Shown here piece by piece: positions 50,946-63,373 of a DNA stretch of 64,000 bases. The translations under genes were made by a program, and so were the position numbers. Numbering within the stretch: position 1 is the first letter of the stretch; each line of letters opens with the position of its first letter. Location of the stretch: sequence record DRR378314_409; one strand, given 5' to 3'. Under the pieces are notes generated by a model. That model was given only the letters and a program-made list of their open reading frames with translations, was not told the origin of the DNA and searched no databases.

Positions 50946-51137
50946 CTTGGTTCCCTAAAAAAGTCGCAGCTGACTAACAAATTTCAGAAATTTTCTATTC
51001 AGGGCTTGGGCGAAACCGAAGCTTGCGGTAAATAGTGTCTATCATCTGAAGGGGCTATTGGTTTTAGAAAGGCAAGTGGTCCCGGGGTTTGAAAATAATC
51101 GGGATCAGGTCGTTTCCCGGATTTATAGAGAAGATTT

Positions 51138-51893
51138 ATGGCAGGACATTCACAATTTAAGAACATTATGCATCGCAAGGGCGCGCAGGATAAAAAGCGC
51201 GCCAAAATTTTTGCCAAGCATATTCGGGAACTAACTGTAGCTGCAAAAACGGGTTTGCCTGATCCAACTATGAACCCAAGACTGCGAACAGCGATCGCGG
51301 CAGCCCGTTCTGATAATATGCCCAAGGATAATATCGACCGGGCGGTGAAGCGGGCAGCTGGTGATGCTGACGGCGGAAATTTCGATGAAATTCGCTATGA
51401 AGGATATGGCCCAGGCGGTGTGGCTATGATCGTGGAAGCGCTCACCGATAACAAGAATAGAACCGCAGCCGAAGTGAGATCCGCTTTCTCTAAGTCTGGC
51501 GGTTCCTTGGCAGAGACCGGCGCCGTCGGATTTATGTTCGATCAAATTGGCCAGGTCACTTATTCAGCTGATGAAATAAAGGCGGACGACATTTTTGAAG
51601 CGGCGTTGGAAGCCGGCGCAGAAAATGTGGAAAGCTCAGATGAGATGCACGAAATCTCCTGTTCTCGTGAAGATTTCAACGACGTGCAAGGGGCGTTGGA
51701 GGACCAATTCGGCACGCCACAGGAAGCTGGAATTATCTGGAAACCAAATGTGACTGTAGACGTGGAAACAGAAGATAAGGCGAATTCCGTCTTTAAGCTG
51801 GTTGATGCGCTTGAAGATAATGATGATGTCCAGAGAGTGTTTGCCAATTTTGATATTCCCGATGACGTCATGGAAAAGTTGGGCGACTCATAA
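51138..51893 (+). CDS. yebC: YebC/PmpR family protein
   Basis: [43 protein letters not shown]. Confidence 0.97.
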   Translation: MAGHSQFKNIMHRKGAQDKKRAKIFAKHIRELTVAAKTGLPDPTMNPRLRTAIAAARSDNMPKDNIDRAVKRAAGDADGGNFDEIRYEGYGPGGVAMIVEALTDNKNRTAAEVRSAFSKSGGSLAETGAVGFMFDQIGQVTYSADEIKADDIFEAALEAGAENVESSDEMHEISCSREDFNDVQGALEDQFGTPQEAGIIWKPNVTVDVETEDKANSVFKLVDALEDNDDVQRVFANFDIPDDVMEKLGDS

Positions 51894-51916
51894 AAAACTG
51901 CAGAAGGATAGCCGGG

Positions 51917-52432
51917 ATGCGTCTGTTAGGCTTGGACCCGGGATTACGATTTACCGGGTGGGGGATAATTGAAGCAAAGGGAAATTCCCTTAGGCATTTA
52001 GGGAATGGTGCAATTGCTTCCGACGCTACTGATGACTTGGCAACCCGTCTGGTCCAGCTTTACGAAGGGCTGGAGAAGGTAATTGCAGACTGGCAACCGG
52101 ACGAAGCGGCTGTTGAAGAAACTTTTGTGAATAAAAATCCGGTTTCCACGTTGAAACTGGGGCAGGCCCGGGGAATCTCTTTGTTGGTTCCGGCGCTTCA
52201 TAATCTGCCTGTCATGGAATATGCGCCTAATAAAATCAAGAAATCAGTTGTTGGGGCAGGGCACGCAGGTAAAGATCAAATCCATGCCATGGTCAGTATG
52301 CTGCTGCCTGGATGTAAAATTTCCAATGAACATGCGGCCGATGCGCTTGCTGTTGCCATCTGTCACGCTCATTATGCAGGAACGAACAGAAGCTTGAAAG
52401 CCGCGACACAAATGGCAGGAGGCCGCCCTTGA
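51917..52432 (+). CDS. ruvC: Holliday junction resolvase
   Basis: [32 protein letters not shown]. Confidence 0.97.
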   Translation: MRLLGLDPGLRFTGWGIIEAKGNSLRHLGNGAIASDATDDLATRLVQLYEGLEKVIADWQPDEAAVEETFVNKNPVSTLKLGQARGISLLVPALHNLPVMEYAPNKIKKSVVGAGHAGKDQIHAMVSMLLPGCKISNEHAADALAVAICHAHYAGTNRSLKAATQMAGGRP

Positions 52433-53070
52433 TTGCAAAACTGACCGGAAAGGTCGATATCTCCGGTGAGGATTGGGCCATCATTGATGTCAATGGCGTC
52501 GGATATCAGATTTTTGCATCCGTAAAGACTTTGCGAAATTTGCCACAGTCAGGTGAAGTGATTTCGTTACATATCGAAACTCATGTTCGTGAGGATCATA
52601 TTCACCTTTATGGCTTTCAAACCGTTAGTGAAAAAGCGTGGTTTGCTTTGTTGCAGACTGTTCAGGGTGTTGGTGCCAAAGTCGCGCTCGGTATTCTGTC
52701 CATTTATGATGGGGATGAATTGACACAGATTGTGGCTTCACAGGATAAAACAGGGCTAACGCGGGTTAGTGGTATTGGTCCTAAAGTGGCCGGTAGGATC
52801 ACTGCAGAGCTTAAAGATAAAGTCGCCAAGATGGATCTCGGGGCGGCTGCTTTTGCCGCGAGTGCACCGAAGGCAGCCCTTGGCGGGACCGCGGGGAAAA
52901 CGAAATCCGTCAGCACAACAGCTGCTGGAGATGCAGTCTCAGCGCTGGTTAATCTGGGATATGGACGGGCGGACGCTTTTGGTGCTGTTGCCACAGCCGG
53001 CCGGCAATTGGGAACGGAAGCGACAGTGGAGCAGCTGATCACTGAAGGTCTTAAGGAGCTTGCATCATGA
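52429..53070 (+). CDS. ruvA: Holliday junction branch migration protein
   Basis: [46 protein letters not shown]. Confidence 0.97.
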   Translation: MIAKLTGKVDISGEDWAIIDVNGVGYQIFASVKTLRNLPQSGEVISLHIETHVREDHIHLYGFQTVSEKAWFALLQTVQGVGAKVALGILSIYDGDELTQIVASQDKTGLTRVSGIGPKVAGRITAELKDKVAKMDLGAAAFAASAPKAALGGTAGKTKSVSTTAAGDAVSALVNLGYGRADAFGAVATAGRQLGTEATVEQLITEGLKELAS

Positions 53071-54113
53071 CAACAGATCGTCTGGTTAGTGCAAACTCTC
53101 ACGAGACTGATGACAATGAAAAGCATCTGAGACCACAAACTCTGGACGATTTTATTGGTCAACGCCAGGTCCGCGAAAATCTGAATATTTTTATTCAGGC
53201 GGCTAAATCGCGTGGGGACGCGCTGGATCATGTTATGTTTTTTGGGCCACCAGGGCTTGGAAAAACCACACTTTCACAAATTGTCGCCCGCGAGCTTGGC
53301 GTCAATTTTCGGGCCACAGCGGGCCCCGTGATCACTAAGGCGGGCGATCTTGCCGCCTTGCTGACCAATCTGGAAGAAAATGACGTTCTCTTTATTGACG
53401 AGATCCATAGATTATCACCAGCGGTGGAGGAAATTCTTTATCCCGCGATGGAGGATTTTCATCTGGATCTGATTATTGGTGAAGGGCCGTCCGCAAGATC
53501 CGTTCGAATTGACTTGCCGCCTTTTACGCTGGTCGGTGCGACGACCCGTTCAGGTTTGATCACCACACCGTTGAGGGAGCGGTTTGGTATTCCTCTGCGA
53601 ATGAATTTTTATGAGCCGGATGAGCTTCAATTGATTGTCTCTCGAGGTGCAAGGGTTCTCAATTTCAGCCTGAGTGAAGACGGCGCGTCAGAAATCGCCC
53701 GCCGGAGCCGTGGAACACCGCGCGTTGCGGGGCGGTTACTTCGAAGAGTTCGGGATTTTGCCGCTGTAGAAGGTCATTCGATGGTCACAGCTGAGCAGGC
53801 TGATAAGGCGTTGCTCCGGTTGGAAGTTGATCAGCGAGGGCTTGATGCTATGGACCGCAGGTATCTTTCGCGAATTGCAGAAGATTTTGGTGGGGGTCCG
53901 GTGGGTGTTGAGACTCTATCTGCGGCATTATCAGAACCCCGGGACGCAATTGAGGACATTATTGAACCCTATCTGATTCAGCAAGGCTTGCTGCAGCGGA
54001 CACCCAGAGGGCGAATGTTGACCAAGTCTGCTTTTGATCATCTTGGCCTCTTTTTTCCAAAAGAAATTTCCGATCAGTTTAATTTGATCCAAGGGTCGCC
54101 AGACGATGAGTGA
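53067..54113 (+). CDS. ruvB: Holliday junction branch migration helicase
   Basis: [46 protein letters not shown]. Confidence 0.98.
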   Translation: MTTDRLVSANSHETDDNEKHLRPQTLDDFIGQRQVRENLNIFIQAAKSRGDALDHVMFFGPPGLGKTTLSQIVARELGVNFRATAGPVITKAGDLAALLTNLEENDVLFIDEIHRLSPAVEEILYPAMEDFHLDLIIGEGPSARSVRIDLPPFTLVGATTRSGLITTPLRERFGIPLRMNFYEPDELQLIVSRGARVLNFSLSEDGASEIARRSRGTPRVAGRLLRRVRDFAAVEGHSMVTAEQADKALLRLEVDQRGLDAMDRRYLSRIAEDFGGGPVGVETLSAALSEPRDAIEDIIEPYLIQQGLLQRTPRGRMLTKSAFDHLGLFFPKEISDQFNLIQGSPDDE

Positions 54114-54555
54114 TTTGGTGGGACTGGGGCAATTGTCCCGAACGGAAAGCGAGGCGCCTTTCCATCTGTTTCCAGTTACGGTGTATTGGGAAGATACAGA
54201 TGCGGGAGGTATCGTTTATCACGCCAACTATCTTAAATTCACGGAAAGAGCGCGTTCAGATTTGTTGAAGATCCTGAATATTAATCAACAGGATTTAATG
54301 CGGGAGGAGGGGCTTAACTTTGTGGTCCGTGACTGCCATATAGAATTTCTTAAACCTGCCATATTGGAAGATCAGCTTTCAGTAAAAACGATGCTGGCAG
54401 AGATGAAAGGGGCATCTTTGACGATGACGCAGGATGTACTGCGAGACGGCGAAACTTTGATCAGGAGCAGGGTGCGGATTGCTTTTTTAAGCAAAAGCGG
54501 AAAACCTGCCCGGTTTTCGCCTCAAATCAAAGATAAGTTCGCCTCAGTAATGTAA
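54106..54555 (+). CDS. ybgC: Tol-pal-associated acyl-CoA thioesterase
   Basis: [25 protein letters not shown]; between ruvB and tolQ. Confidence 0.93.
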   Translation: MSDLVGLGQLSRTESEAPFHLFPVTVYWEDTDAGGIVYHANYLKFTERARSDLLKILNINQQDLMREEGLNFVVRDCHIEFLKPAILEDQLSVKTMLAEMKGASLTMTQDVLRDGETLIRSRVRIAFLSKSGKPARFSPQIKDKFASVM

Positions 54556-54575
54556 AGCTCAGGAGCTACTTTAGA

Positions 54576-55292
54576 ATGGGAAATGATGTAACTGTCGGAG
54601 AGCAGTTGGGGGCCATCAGCCATGATCTGTCGATGATTGATCTGTTTTTAAGAGCGGATATTGTTGTTCAGTTGGTCATGATTTTGTTGATACTGGCGTC
54701 TTTCTGGAGTTGGGCAATCATAATCGATAAAATTTTGCGGTTCAGAAAAGTGACATCTGACGCCGATAATTTTGAGCAGGATTTCTGGTCTGGTGGAAAT
54801 CTGGAGGATTTATACAAGCGGGTCGGACAAAACCCCGATAATCCATTGGCAATGCTGTTCTCAACGGCCATGCGGGAGTGGCTCAGATCAACGGAAAAAG
54901 GCTTTGATGCCCATATGCATACCGGTTTACAGGCCCGTATTCATCAGGTGATGCGCGTTGCCATCGATCGAGAGGTGGAAAGACTTGAGAAATATCTTGG
55001 TTTTTTGGCTACCGTGGGTTCAACGGCGACTTTTGTCGGACTGTTTGGAACCGTCTGGGGCATTATGAACAGTTTTCAGGCGATTGCTGCTACCAAGGAT
55101 ACAAGTCTGGCAGTCGTAGCGCCAGGTATTGCCGAGGCGTTATTTGCAACTGCATTGGGACTGGTTGCCGCGATTCCTGCGGTTGTCGCTTACAATAAAT
55201 TTTCAAATGACCTTCAGCATTTTATTACGCGTCTGGAAGGGTTTGCTGGTGAATTTTCTGCAATTCTCTCAAGACAACTGGATCTTGGTTGA
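54576..55292 (+). CDS. tolQ: Tol-pal system protein TolQ
   Basis: SFWSWAII, FLATVGS..FVGLFGTVWGIMNSF, VAPGIAEALFATALGL.AAIPA. Confidence 0.96.
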   Translation: MGNDVTVGEQLGAISHDLSMIDLFLRADIVVQLVMILLILASFWSWAIIIDKILRFRKVTSDADNFEQDFWSGGNLEDLYKRVGQNPDNPLAMLFSTAMREWLRSTEKGFDAHMHTGLQARIHQVMRVAIDREVERLEKYLGFLATVGSTATFVGLFGTVWGIMNSFQAIAATKDTSLAVVAPGIAEALFATALGLVAAIPAVVAYNKFSNDLQHFITRLEGFAGEFSAILSRQLDLG

Positions 55293-55747
55293 TGGGTATG
55301 AACAATCAGTATGATGCGTTTACAGGGAAGGGCCGCAAGCGTCGTCATCAGGCCATGTCTGAAATTAACGTAACTCCTTTTGTGGATGTTATGTTGGTAT
55401 TGCTGATCGTTTTTATGGTGACTGCCCCTTTATTGACAGTTGGCGTTCCACTGGATCTTCCCGAAACAAAATCCAAAACCATTCAAGGTAATGATGAGCC
55501 GTTGGTGATCAGTGTGGATCAGCAGGGAAAAGTGTTCCTTGAGGATCTAGAGATTGGTTTGGAGGGGTTGGTTGAAAAGCTGGCAGCTGTGACCGGCGCC
55601 AAAAAGGATCAGCGGATTTTTGTGAGGGGGGACAAGGATGTCAGCTATGGACGCGTCCTGCAGGTGATGGGGGAAATTCACGATGCAGGTTACACGCGTG
55701 TTGCCATGGTTTCGGCTGGCCTGCCGAAAGAAAAAACGGATAACTAG
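55292..55747 (+). CDS. tolR: Tol-pal system protein TolR
   Basis: [34 protein letters not shown]. Confidence 0.96.
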   Translation: MGMNNQYDAFTGKGRKRRHQAMSEINVTPFVDVMLVLLIVFMVTAPLLTVGVPLDLPETKSKTIQGNDEPLVISVDQQGKVFLEDLEIGLEGLVEKLAAVTGAKKDQRIFVRGDKDVSYGRVLQVMGEIHDAGYTRVAMVSAGLPKEKTDN

Positions 55748-55761
55748 GATCCCAATTGGAC

Positions 55762-56694
55762 ATGAAGGTCTCTGCTTCCATATCTGCGGCATTTCACCTG
55801 ATTATTATGGTGGTGATGTATACTGGGTTGCCTCTCTTTCGGGAGCCTGAGGTTCTGGAAGAAACACCGGTTATCGAGGTGGAGATTGTTGATATTGCGG
55901 AAATCACCAATCTGCCCAAACCAACACCAGAGCCGGAAAAAGAGCCAAAGCCAAAGCCTGAACCAAAGCCTGAACCCGAACCGAAACCCGTTCCGAAGCC
56001 AAAGCCTGCTCCAAAACCGGAGCCAGAACCTGAACCCCAGCCCGCTCCAAAACCGGAACCGGAACCAGCTCCGCAACCTGAGCCAGAGCCAGAGCCAGAG
56101 CCAAAGGTGGAGGAAAAGCCGGCGGAAGAGGTGGTAAAACCGATACCAACACCGAAGCTAAAGCCAAAACCCAAAGCTCAGGCAAAAGCACCTGAAAAGA
56201 AAGTCGTCCAAGAAAAGCCAAAGAAGGCAGAAAAGAAATTTGACCTTAGCCGGATATCGGCGCTTTTGGATAAGAAAAAACGGGAAGCCGCTGCGGATCC
56301 TGCAGAGCAGAGTGACACAAAAAAGTCTCAATCTGCTGAGAAAGTGCCCAACTCATCCAGCAAAGGGGCAGATATGTCTTTGCCTTTGAGCTTGAGTGAA
56401 AAAGACGCGTTTAAACAGCAAGTCCAGGAATGCTGGAACCCACCCACTGGAAGTGTGGAGGCAGAAGACCTGATTGTTCAGATCAAGATTAATCTGAACA
56501 GAGATGGTACGGTTCAGGGCAGCCCACAAATCCAGAAGGGGAATGCGTATAAATCGCGATTTGAAAAGATTGCTGCGGAAAGTGCTGTAAGAGCGATACT
56601 TTTGTGTCAACCTTACACATTACCGCAAGAAAAGTATGACAGATGGCGTGTTACGACATTGAATTTTGATCCAAGGGAGATGTTTGGTCAATGA
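55762..56694 (+). CDS. tolA: TolA (Pro-rich, TonB-like C-terminal domain)
   Basis: TM with S..FHL, PE/PK repeats, C-terminal CWNPP...[11 protein letters not shown]; between tolR and tolB. Confidence 0.9.
   Translation: MKVSASISAAFHLIIMVVMYTGLPLFREPEVLEETPVIEVEIVDIAEITNLPKPTPEPEKEPKPKPEPKPEPEPKPVPKPKPAPKPEPEPEPQPAPKPEPEPAPQPEPEPEPEPKVEEKPAEEVVKPIPTPKLKPKPKAQAKAPEKKVVQEKPKKAEKKFDLSRISALLDKKKREAAADPAEQSDTKKSQSAEKVPNSSSKGADMSLPLSLSEKDAFKQQVQECWNPPTGSVEAEDLIVQIKINLNRDGTVQGSPQIQKGNAYKSRFEKIAAESAVRAILLCQPYTLPQEKYDRWRVTTLNFDPREMFGQ
55920..56105 (+). repeat. Low-complexity coding repeat (Pro-Glu/Pro-Lys) inside tolA
   Basis: Imperfect 6-nt repeats such as GAGCCAGAGCCAGAGCCA encoding PEPKPEPEP. Confidence 0.8.
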
Positions 56695-58043
56695 GGAGAG
56701 GGATTAGCAACTTAATAGTTGGGTTTCGGTTGTGGTTTGTAGCGATCCTGACCACGCTGTTCGCAATGAATTTTGCAAAGGCGGAACTGGTTGTCGATAT
56801 TACGCAAGGTAATATTCAGCCGTTGCCGGTTGCGATAACAGATTTTTATAGTCAAACCGAAGCCGCCTCGATTGTCGGGCAAAAGATTGCGGATGTGGTA
56901 AGGGCGGATTTGGAAAGATCTGGACTGTTCAACCCAATTGACCCCAGAGCATTTCTTGAAAAAGCGGATGATATCAATGCAATTCCTGTGTTTGCCAATT
57001 GGCGGAAAATTGATGCGCAGGGGCTTTCAATAGGGTCTGTTGAAGCGCTTCCAGATGGTCAGATCCGCGTTCAATTTCGGTTGTATGATGTATTTGCGGA
57101 GCAATATTTGACCGGGCTCGAACTCACCGCACAACCGACCAATTGGCGTCGGGTTGCGCATAAAGTCGCTGATGCTATTTACCAACGGCTAACCGGTGAA
57201 GCGGGTTATTTCGACACCCGTGTTGTTTATGTCTCTGAAAGTGGCCCAGCAAATCGCCGGGTGAAACGCTTGGCAATTATGGATCAGGATGGCGCCCGGC
57301 ACCAGTTCCTGACAAATGGCGAAAACCTGGTGTTGACACCACGATTTTCTCCCAGCCAGCAGGAGATTACATATCTGTCTTATTTCAATAATAAGCCGCG
57401 GGTGTATTTGTTAAATATTGATACGAACCAACAGGAAGTCCTGGGTGAGTTTCCGGGTATGACTTTTTCACCTCGCTTCTCTCCATCCGGAAATCAAGTT
57501 GTTATGAGCATGGCGGAAAATGGCAACTCCGATATTTATATTATGGATTTGAGAACTCGGGCTATTAAACGGCTGACCAAACATCCGGGTATTGATACCG
57601 GGCCGTCTTTCTCTCCAGACGGGACACAGATAACCTTTGAATCTGACCGCGGTGGGCGACAGCAGCTTTATGTAATGAATTCAGATGGTACTAATCCACG
57701 TCGGATCAGCTTTGGGCGTGGTAATTATGGCACACCTGTGTGGTCGCCCCGTGGTGATTTGATTGCCTTTACAAAACTAACGGGGGGCAAATTTTCAATC
57801 GGCGTAATGAGGACTGACGGGTCTCAGGAGCGTATCCTGACCGAAGGTTTTCATAACGAAGGGCCTTCCTGGGCACCGAATGGACGTGTTTTAGTGTTTT
57901 TTCGGCAAATTCCGGGGAAAAGTAAAGACGATCAGGATAAAGTTCGCTTGTGGTCTATAGATTTAACGGGCTATAACGAAAGAGAAGTATTAACACCGAG
58001 AGATGGGTCCGATCCAGCGTGGTCGCCCTTGATTCTCGACTAG
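56691..58043 (+). CDS. tolB: Tol-pal beta-propeller protein TolB
   Basis: [31 protein letters not shown]40 repeats (PRFSP, PSFSPDG, PVWSP, PAWSP). Confidence 0.97.
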   Translation: MRRGISNLIVGFRLWFVAILTTLFAMNFAKAELVVDITQGNIQPLPVAITDFYSQTEAASIVGQKIADVVRADLERSGLFNPIDPRAFLEKADDINAIPVFANWRKIDAQGLSIGSVEALPDGQIRVQFRLYDVFAEQYLTGLELTAQPTNWRRVAHKVADAIYQRLTGEAGYFDTRVVYVSESGPANRRVKRLAIMDQDGARHQFLTNGENLVLTPRFSPSQQEITYLSYFNNKPRVYLLNIDTNQQEVLGEFPGMTFSPRFSPSGNQVVMSMAENGNSDIYIMDLRTRAIKRLTKHPGIDTGPSFSPDGTQITFESDRGGRQQLYVMNSDGTNPRRISFGRGNYGTPVWSPRGDLIAFTKLTGGKFSIGVMRTDGSQERILTEGFHNEGPSWAPNGRVLVFFRQIPGKSKDDQDKVRLWSIDLTGYNEREVLTPRDGSDPAWSPLILD

Positions 58044-58175
58044 AGCAAACGTATAGTGGTATAAATTTGTTGCGGGGGGTCTATCTTATTGTATTCTTCA
58101 TCCAATACTTACTTCGATGTAGTAATACATGAGGTGCCCAGTAATTCGAATTTCCATAACATGGGAGTTAAATAA

Positions 58176-58715
58176 ATGCGGCTCAATCTTGGCCTAAAAT
58201 TCTTGAGTATGATTGCTGCGCTGGCATTGGTCGCAGCCTGTGAAACTGCGCCTACGGATTCAGGGGACAGTTCTGGCGGCGGTGCTTCGTCCCAGGCGAG
58301 TTCGAATTCCGGTTCCAGCGGATCAGTCTCTTCTTCTAACAATGGCTCGAATGTCCAGCCTGGCAGCCAGGAAGATCTGGTTCTCAACGTTGGCGATCGT
58401 GTCTTCTTCGGATTTGATCAATACACACTCACAGCCGAAGCGCGTTCAACTATTGAGCGCCAGGCTCAGTGGCTGAAAGCAAATCCTGCTGTTACAGTTT
58501 CAGTCGAAGGTCATGCTGATGAGCGTGGCACACGTGAATATAACTTGGCTCTTGGGGATCGCCGTGCAACGGCTGTCAAGAACTACCTGGTCACACTAGG
58601 TGTATCTTCCTCTCGTGTGGATGCAATTTCATATGGTAAAGAGCGTCCGGTTGCGCTTGGTCATAATGAAGAAGCCTGGTCACAAAATCGCCGGGGCGTA
58701 ATGGTCGTCAACTAA
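58176..58715 (+). CDS. pal: Peptidoglycan-associated lipoprotein
   Basis: Lipobox VAAC; VFFGFD, EGHADERGTREYNLALGDRRA, SYGKERP, QNRR. Confidence 0.97.
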   Translation: MRLNLGLKFLSMIAALALVAACETAPTDSGDSSGGGASSQASSNSGSSGSVSSSNNGSNVQPGSQEDLVLNVGDRVFFGFDQYTLTAEARSTIERQAQWLKANPAVTVSVEGHADERGTREYNLALGDRRATAVKNYLVTLGVSSSRVDAISYGKERPVALGHNEEAWSQNRRGVMVVN

Positions 58716-58735
58716 ACGGCACCATTGAAAAGATT

Positions 58736-58781
58736 AACCCGCTTCCGGTCCAGATATTCTGGGACTAGGAGCGGGTTTTTT
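58736..58781 (+). terminator. Terminator after pal
   Basis: AACCCGCTTCC...GGAGCGGGTT long stem followed by a T run. Confidence 0.8.
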
Positions 58782-58887
58782 AATGTCAAATCATCAGTAT
58801 GAAATAGCCTCTGTTTGGACACATTATTGAACTACGTAACAGTAAATAGTGATGTCACAGTTTTGAGCTGGGGAGAAGGAAGGGTAA

Positions 58888-59958
58888 ATGTATAAAGAAG
58901 TAGCTGTCGCGCGCGACTTGAAAGATACTGCTAGTAAAGCCTTGTTAAAAGGAATTGCTCTTACGCTGGTGGTTTCGGGCTTCATTTTTTTGCTGTTTGC
59001 TTCACCCGTTAAAGCTCAAAGTAGCGATGTTCAAGCCCTCTTGGATCGCATGAACCGGCTGGAGGCTGACCTCAATTCTGTTCAAAGAAAAGTTTTTCAA
59101 GGAGCAGATGTCCCGGCGCCCACTGTTGGTGCGGTATCCCAACCTCTCACAGGAGGCGGGGAAGCGTTTGCGCTTCTTTCAGCCCGGATTGATGCCATGG
59201 AATTGGAGCAAAGGCGTTTAACCGGCAACGCAGAGGAAATGACTTACAAGTTGGATCAGATCAAAAGCCGGATGGACAGGCTGGTTTTGGACGTGGACTA
59301 TCGGCTGACCCAAATTGAGCAAAAATTAGCCGGAGGACCGGTTGCTTCTGCACCAGCATCAACTGACAGCTCAAACGGTGCCGCTTCCAATCTTTCTGGC
59401 GGTTTAACGGCAACAGAGAATACATCATCCGGTACCGCTACGGTCGCTGAGGGGGGTAACCTGCCTGCAGGAACCCAACTCCTTGGAACCTTGTCTGCAT
59501 CAAATTCGGCATCTGAAGCACCAGCATCTGCGAACACGAACTCAGATGCAGCGCCGGTTGATCTGGCCAGTCAGCAACCGCAGGATCTATATAATCATGC
59601 AATGGGTCTCATTCGTAGCGACGATTATGCCGGTGCGGAGCAGGCGTTTCTTGTTTTCCTCCAAAATAACAAAACTCATTCCCTTGCTGGAAATGCCCAG
59701 TATTGGTTGGGAGAGACTTATTATGTTCGTGGCGATTTCAATAACGCGGCGTCAGCTTTTTTAAACGGATATCAAAATTATCCTGACAGCTCAAAAGCGT
59801 CAGATAACCTTTTGAAACTCGGTATGACCCTGGGGCGAATGGATCAAGTCAAAGAAGCTTGCGCTACATTTGCACAAATGGAAAAGCAGTTCACAATTCT
59901 GCCAAGCCGCTTGAAGCGGATAGCGGACCGAGAAAAAACCAAATTTAACTGCAGTTGA
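58888..59958 (+). CDS. cpoB: Tol-pal system protein CpoB/YbgF
   Basis: Signal peptide, coiled coil, TPRs NAQYWLGETYY, LLKLGMTL, EACATF. Confidence 0.92.
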   Translation: MYKEVAVARDLKDTASKALLKGIALTLVVSGFIFLLFASPVKAQSSDVQALLDRMNRLEADLNSVQRKVFQGADVPAPTVGAVSQPLTGGGEAFALLSARIDAMELEQRRLTGNAEEMTYKLDQIKSRMDRLVLDVDYRLTQIEQKLAGGPVASAPASTDSSNGAASNLSGGLTATENTSSGTATVAEGGNLPAGTQLLGTLSASNSASEAPASANTNSDAAPVDLASQQPQDLYNHAMGLIRSDDYAGAEQAFLVFLQNNKTHSLAGNAQYWLGETYYVRGDFNNAASAFLNGYQNYPDSSKASDNLLKLGMTLGRMDQVKEACATFAQMEKQFTILPSRLKRIADREKTKFNCS

Positions 59959-59967
59959 TGCGCAGCT

Positions 59968-61293
59968 ATGCCTGTTCCTAATCAGGCCCTGGAACAACGG
60001 TTCGACGAGCAGCTAGAAAATCTGTTCGATGCTTCCTCTTTACCTAAAAAGTTGGCCGTAGCTGTATCAGGCGGGTCCGACAGTATGGCGCTGACTCTTT
60101 TGCTTAAAGGTTGGTGTCAAAACAGATCCATTCAATTAGTGGCTTTCACAGTCGATCACGGTTTGCGGGCCGAGGCTGCAAGTGAGGCGCTCCTTGTTCA
60201 AAAATGGATGGTCGCGCGTCATATTGACCATCACATCCTCACCGGATCGGAGGAGCCACCAGCCGCAGGTCTTCAGGAGTATGCGCGTGAGCTACGATAT
60301 GGTTTGTTATCGAATGCCTGCCAGTTAAGAGAAATTGAACACCTATTCGTTGGCCATCAGATGGAGGATCAGCAGGAAACTTTTTTGATGCGATTTTCCA
60401 AGGGTAGTGGTTTGAACGGGCTGGCTGGTATGAGCACGCAGCGGCATGGTTATGGGGTGCAGCTGATACGCCCACTGCTATCGTTCCAACGGCATGAGCT
60501 TCGGGAATATCTGAATAATCTGTCTCAGGACTGGGTTGAGGATCCGAGCAATGAAAACGCGGCCTTCACCCGAACCGAGGTTGGCAAAATACAAAAATCG
60601 TTGACAAGACTTCATGGCGTTACGATCAATTCCCTTCAATTGTCACTTAACCGGTTAAATAGATCAAATGATGCGCTTGAGCATTATACTGTTCAGCTTT
60701 GGGTTCAGATTGCTGAAATCAGTGAATTTGGATTTGTATCACTGAACTTACCTCAGTTGATGAAAGAGCCTGATGAAACCATTATCCGAATTTTTGAAAA
60801 AGCAATTCAAACCATAAGGGGAGTTGGATACCGGAGTAAGCTGTCGGACCTTGAAAGGTTAGTAACCAGGTTTCAAACTGACTCGCCAGCCGATGAAGAT
60901 TTTACGGTTGCAGGTTGCCGCTTTCGTCAGCTGAACGCGAATGTGAATATATACCGGGAGCGCGGACGCCACGCCCTGGAGACACGTATTCTAGAAAGCG
61001 GCAATCAATGGCTTTGGGATCAGCGATTTCAGGTTCAAACGAGTAAGTTGAAACCAATTCCATTGACGGCGGCGACATTTGAAATTCGGGAGATCGGTAA
61101 TGCCGGATGGTCGCAAATTAAAGATCTGGAGATTCGCCCGGAAATCCTCAAGCTTCCCGTTTTTGTCCGAAACAGCTTGCCTGTGGTGTTCAAAGGGCAG
61201 AAAGTTGTAGCAGCACCCTTGTTTTTCGCAGAAACTCAACAGTCGGCCATTGCCAGAGAGCAATTTGAGATGCTATTCATTCCATTAAGATGA
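59968..61293 (+). CDS. tilS: tRNA(Ile)-lysidine synthase
   Basis: AVSGGSDSMAL PP-loop, VDHGLR, ARELRY, HQMEDQQETFLMR, RPLL, EDPSN; cpoB-tilS-ftsH synteny. Confidence 0.93.
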   Translation: MPVPNQALEQRFDEQLENLFDASSLPKKLAVAVSGGSDSMALTLLLKGWCQNRSIQLVAFTVDHGLRAEAASEALLVQKWMVARHIDHHILTGSEEPPAAGLQEYARELRYGLLSNACQLREIEHLFVGHQMEDQQETFLMRFSKGSGLNGLAGMSTQRHGYGVQLIRPLLSFQRHELREYLNNLSQDWVEDPSNENAAFTRTEVGKIQKSLTRLHGVTINSLQLSLNRLNRSNDALEHYTVQLWVQIAEISEFGFVSLNLPQLMKEPDETIIRIFEKAIQTIRGVGYRSKLSDLERLVTRFQTDSPADEDFTVAGCRFRQLNANVNIYRERGRHALETRILESGNQWLWDQRFQVQTSKLKPIPLTAATFEIREIGNAGWSQIKDLEIRPEILKLPVFVRNSLPVVFKGQKVVAAPLFFAETQQSAIAREQFEMLFIPLR

Positions 61294-61324
61294 TCAGAAA
61301 GCACAGTCTTATCTGATCCATCCC

Positions 61325-61352
61325 CTTGGAAGTCTTGTATATTGACTTATAT
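61325..61352 (+). promoter_or_regulatory. RpoH-type promoter of ftsH
   Basis: CTTG-N17-CTTATAT. Confidence 0.6.
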
Positions 61353-61432
61353 TTAAGAGGTCTCCTCAACACTAGGGGCTGTTTAATGTGATCCGTTGGC
61401 GTGTCGGCGGATTTTATATGGGAAGTTTGTCC

Positions 61433-63364
61433 GTGAATCTTTTTGGAAAAAATTTGGTACTTTGGGTCATTATCGGCATGTTGGCCGTGGCCCTTTTTAA
61501 CATTTTCGATAATTCGTCGCAGCGCACTTCAGGTGCGCAACTGCCTTACTCGCAGTTTCTTGACATGGTGGACAATGGTCAGATTACGGCTGTTACCATT
61601 CAAGGGCAGAATATTACTGGCAAAGACGACAACGGGCAGGCCTACTCCACCTATGCACCGCAAGATAACACTCTGGTTGATCGTCTGAACAACCGTAATG
61701 TCCGGATTACGGCTGCACCTGAGGAAGAAGGAAGCCTGTTGATGGCAACCTTACTGTCCTGGTTCCCGATGCTGCTCTTAATCGGCGTCTGGATTTTCTT
61801 TATGCGCCAAATGCAGGGCGGCGGCGGAAAAGCAATGGGTTTCGGTAAATCCAAAGCAAAACTGCTGACAGAAAAGCAGGGACGGGTAACTTTCGAAGAT
61901 GTCGCTGGCATTGAAGAAGCGAAAGAAGAGCTGGAAGAAGTTGTCGACTTTCTGAAAAACCCACAAAAATATCAGCGCCTTGGTGGTAAAATTCCCAAAG
62001 GTTGCCTGTTGGTCGGCCCTCCAGGTACAGGTAAAACCTTGCTGGCTCGTTCCGTCGCGGGTGAGGCAAATGTGCCTTTCTTCACGATCTCGGGTTCTGA
62101 CTTTGTTGAAATGTTCGTCGGTGTCGGCGCAAGCCGTGTCCGTGATATGTTTGAGCAGGGTAAGAAAAACGCGCCCTGCATCATCTTTATCGATGAGATT
62201 GACGCGGTCGGCCGTCATCGGGGCGCCGGTCTTGGAGGTGGAAATGACGAACGGGAACAAACCCTCAACCAGTTGCTTGTTGAAATGGACGGTTTTGAGG
62301 CCAATGACGGTGTTATTCTGATCGCGGCAACAAACCGCCCAGATGTTTTGGACCCGGCCCTGTTGCGTCCAGGTCGTTTCGACCGTCAGGTTGTTGTTCC
62401 GAACCCTGACATTCTCGGCCGTGAGAAAATCCTGAAAGTCCACATGCGCAAAGTGCCACTGGCAAATGATGTGAATGCCCGGACGATTGCACGTGGTACG
62501 CCAGGTTTCTCTGGTGCAGATCTTGCCAATCTGGTGAACGAGGCTGCATTGTTGGCGGCCAGAAAATCACGACGTCTGGTGACGCATCAGGAATTTGAAG
62601 AAGCCAAAGATAAGGTCATGATGGGAACGGAACGCCGCTCAATGGTCATGTCAGAGGAAGAAAAGAAGCTGACAGCTTACCATGAAGGTGGTCATGCTTT
62701 GGTTGGCATGCATATGGCAGCTTCTGACCCTGTTCACAAAGCAACCATCATTCCGCGCGGACGTGCCCTTGGAATGGTGATGCGGTTGCCGGAAAAAGAC
62801 AGTTACTCTATGCGCCGGGATCAATGCCTTGCACATCTGGCTGTTGCTATGGGTGGCCGTGTTGCTGAAGAAATGATTTTTGGACATGACGCGGTGACAA
62901 CCGGTGCCTCCGGTGACATTAAAATGGCAACTGGTATGGCACGTCGTATGGTAACCGAGTGGGGCCTTTCAGAAAAACTGGGACCATTGTTGTATAGCGC
63001 TGATCAGGAAGAAGTGTTCCTCGGTCATTCAGTCTCTCAACAGAAAAATGTTTCTGATGCGACAGCACAACTCATTGATCAGGAAGTTCGCCGCTTTGTT
63101 GAAGAAGGTGAGGACACTGCTCGAAAAATTCTGACAGATCATCATGATCAACTGCACCGAATTGCTAAAGGTCTGCTTGAGTATGAAACTCTCTCAGGTG
63201 ATGAGATAAAAATCTTGATGGAAGGTGGGGATATCAATCGTCCTGAGGATGATGATCCAACCACTGATCAAGGGCCAAGCTCGACTGTCCCCCAAGCCGA
63301 CGGGCATAAAAAACCTGATCCGGATAGCGGTGGACTTGAGCCGGAACCACAACCCGGTTCGTAA
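61433..63364 (+). CDS. ftsH: ATP-dependent zinc metalloprotease FtsH
   Basis: Two [44 protein letters not shown]. Start GTG 61433 (alternatives 61418, 61388). Confidence 0.98.
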   Translation: MNLFGKNLVLWVIIGMLAVALFNIFDNSSQRTSGAQLPYSQFLDMVDNGQITAVTIQGQNITGKDDNGQAYSTYAPQDNTLVDRLNNRNVRITAAPEEEGSLLMATLLSWFPMLLLIGVWIFFMRQMQGGGGKAMGFGKSKAKLLTEKQGRVTFEDVAGIEEAKEELEEVVDFLKNPQKYQRLGGKIPKGCLLVGPPGTGKTLLARSVAGEANVPFFTISGSDFVEMFVGVGASRVRDMFEQGKKNAPCIIFIDEIDAVGRHRGAGLGGGNDEREQTLNQLLVEMDGFEANDGVILIAATNRPDVLDPALLRPGRFDRQVVVPNPDILGREKILKVHMRKVPLANDVNARTIARGTPGFSGADLANLVNEAALLAARKSRRLVTHQEFEEAKDKVMMGTERRSMVMSEEEKKLTAYHEGGHALVGMHMAASDPVHKATIIPRGRALGMVMRLPEKDSYSMRRDQCLAHLAVAMGGRVAEEMIFGHDAVTTGASGDIKMATGMARRMVTEWGLSEKLGPLLYSADQEEVFLGHSVSQQKNVSDATAQLIDQEVRRFVEEGEDTARKILTDHHDQLHRIAKGLLEYETLSGDEIKILMEGGDINRPEDDDPTTDQGPSSTVPQADGHKKPDPDSGGLEPEPQPGS

Positions 63365-63373
63365 GGATACTTA

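Noticed and set aside
50995..51060. Possible riboswitch upstream of yebC (GGGCGAAACC)
   Set aside because: Does not fit a riboswitch consensus I recognise; better explained as promoter TTGGGC-N17-TAAATA.
55794..56221. GSGF-repeat ORFs and apparent tandem repeat array
   Set aside because: Antisense and alternative frames of the Pro-rich tolA linker; no repeat-spacer pattern, so not CRISPR.
61778..62443. 221-aa minus-strand ORF
   Set aside because: Antisense shadow of the ftsH AAA domain.
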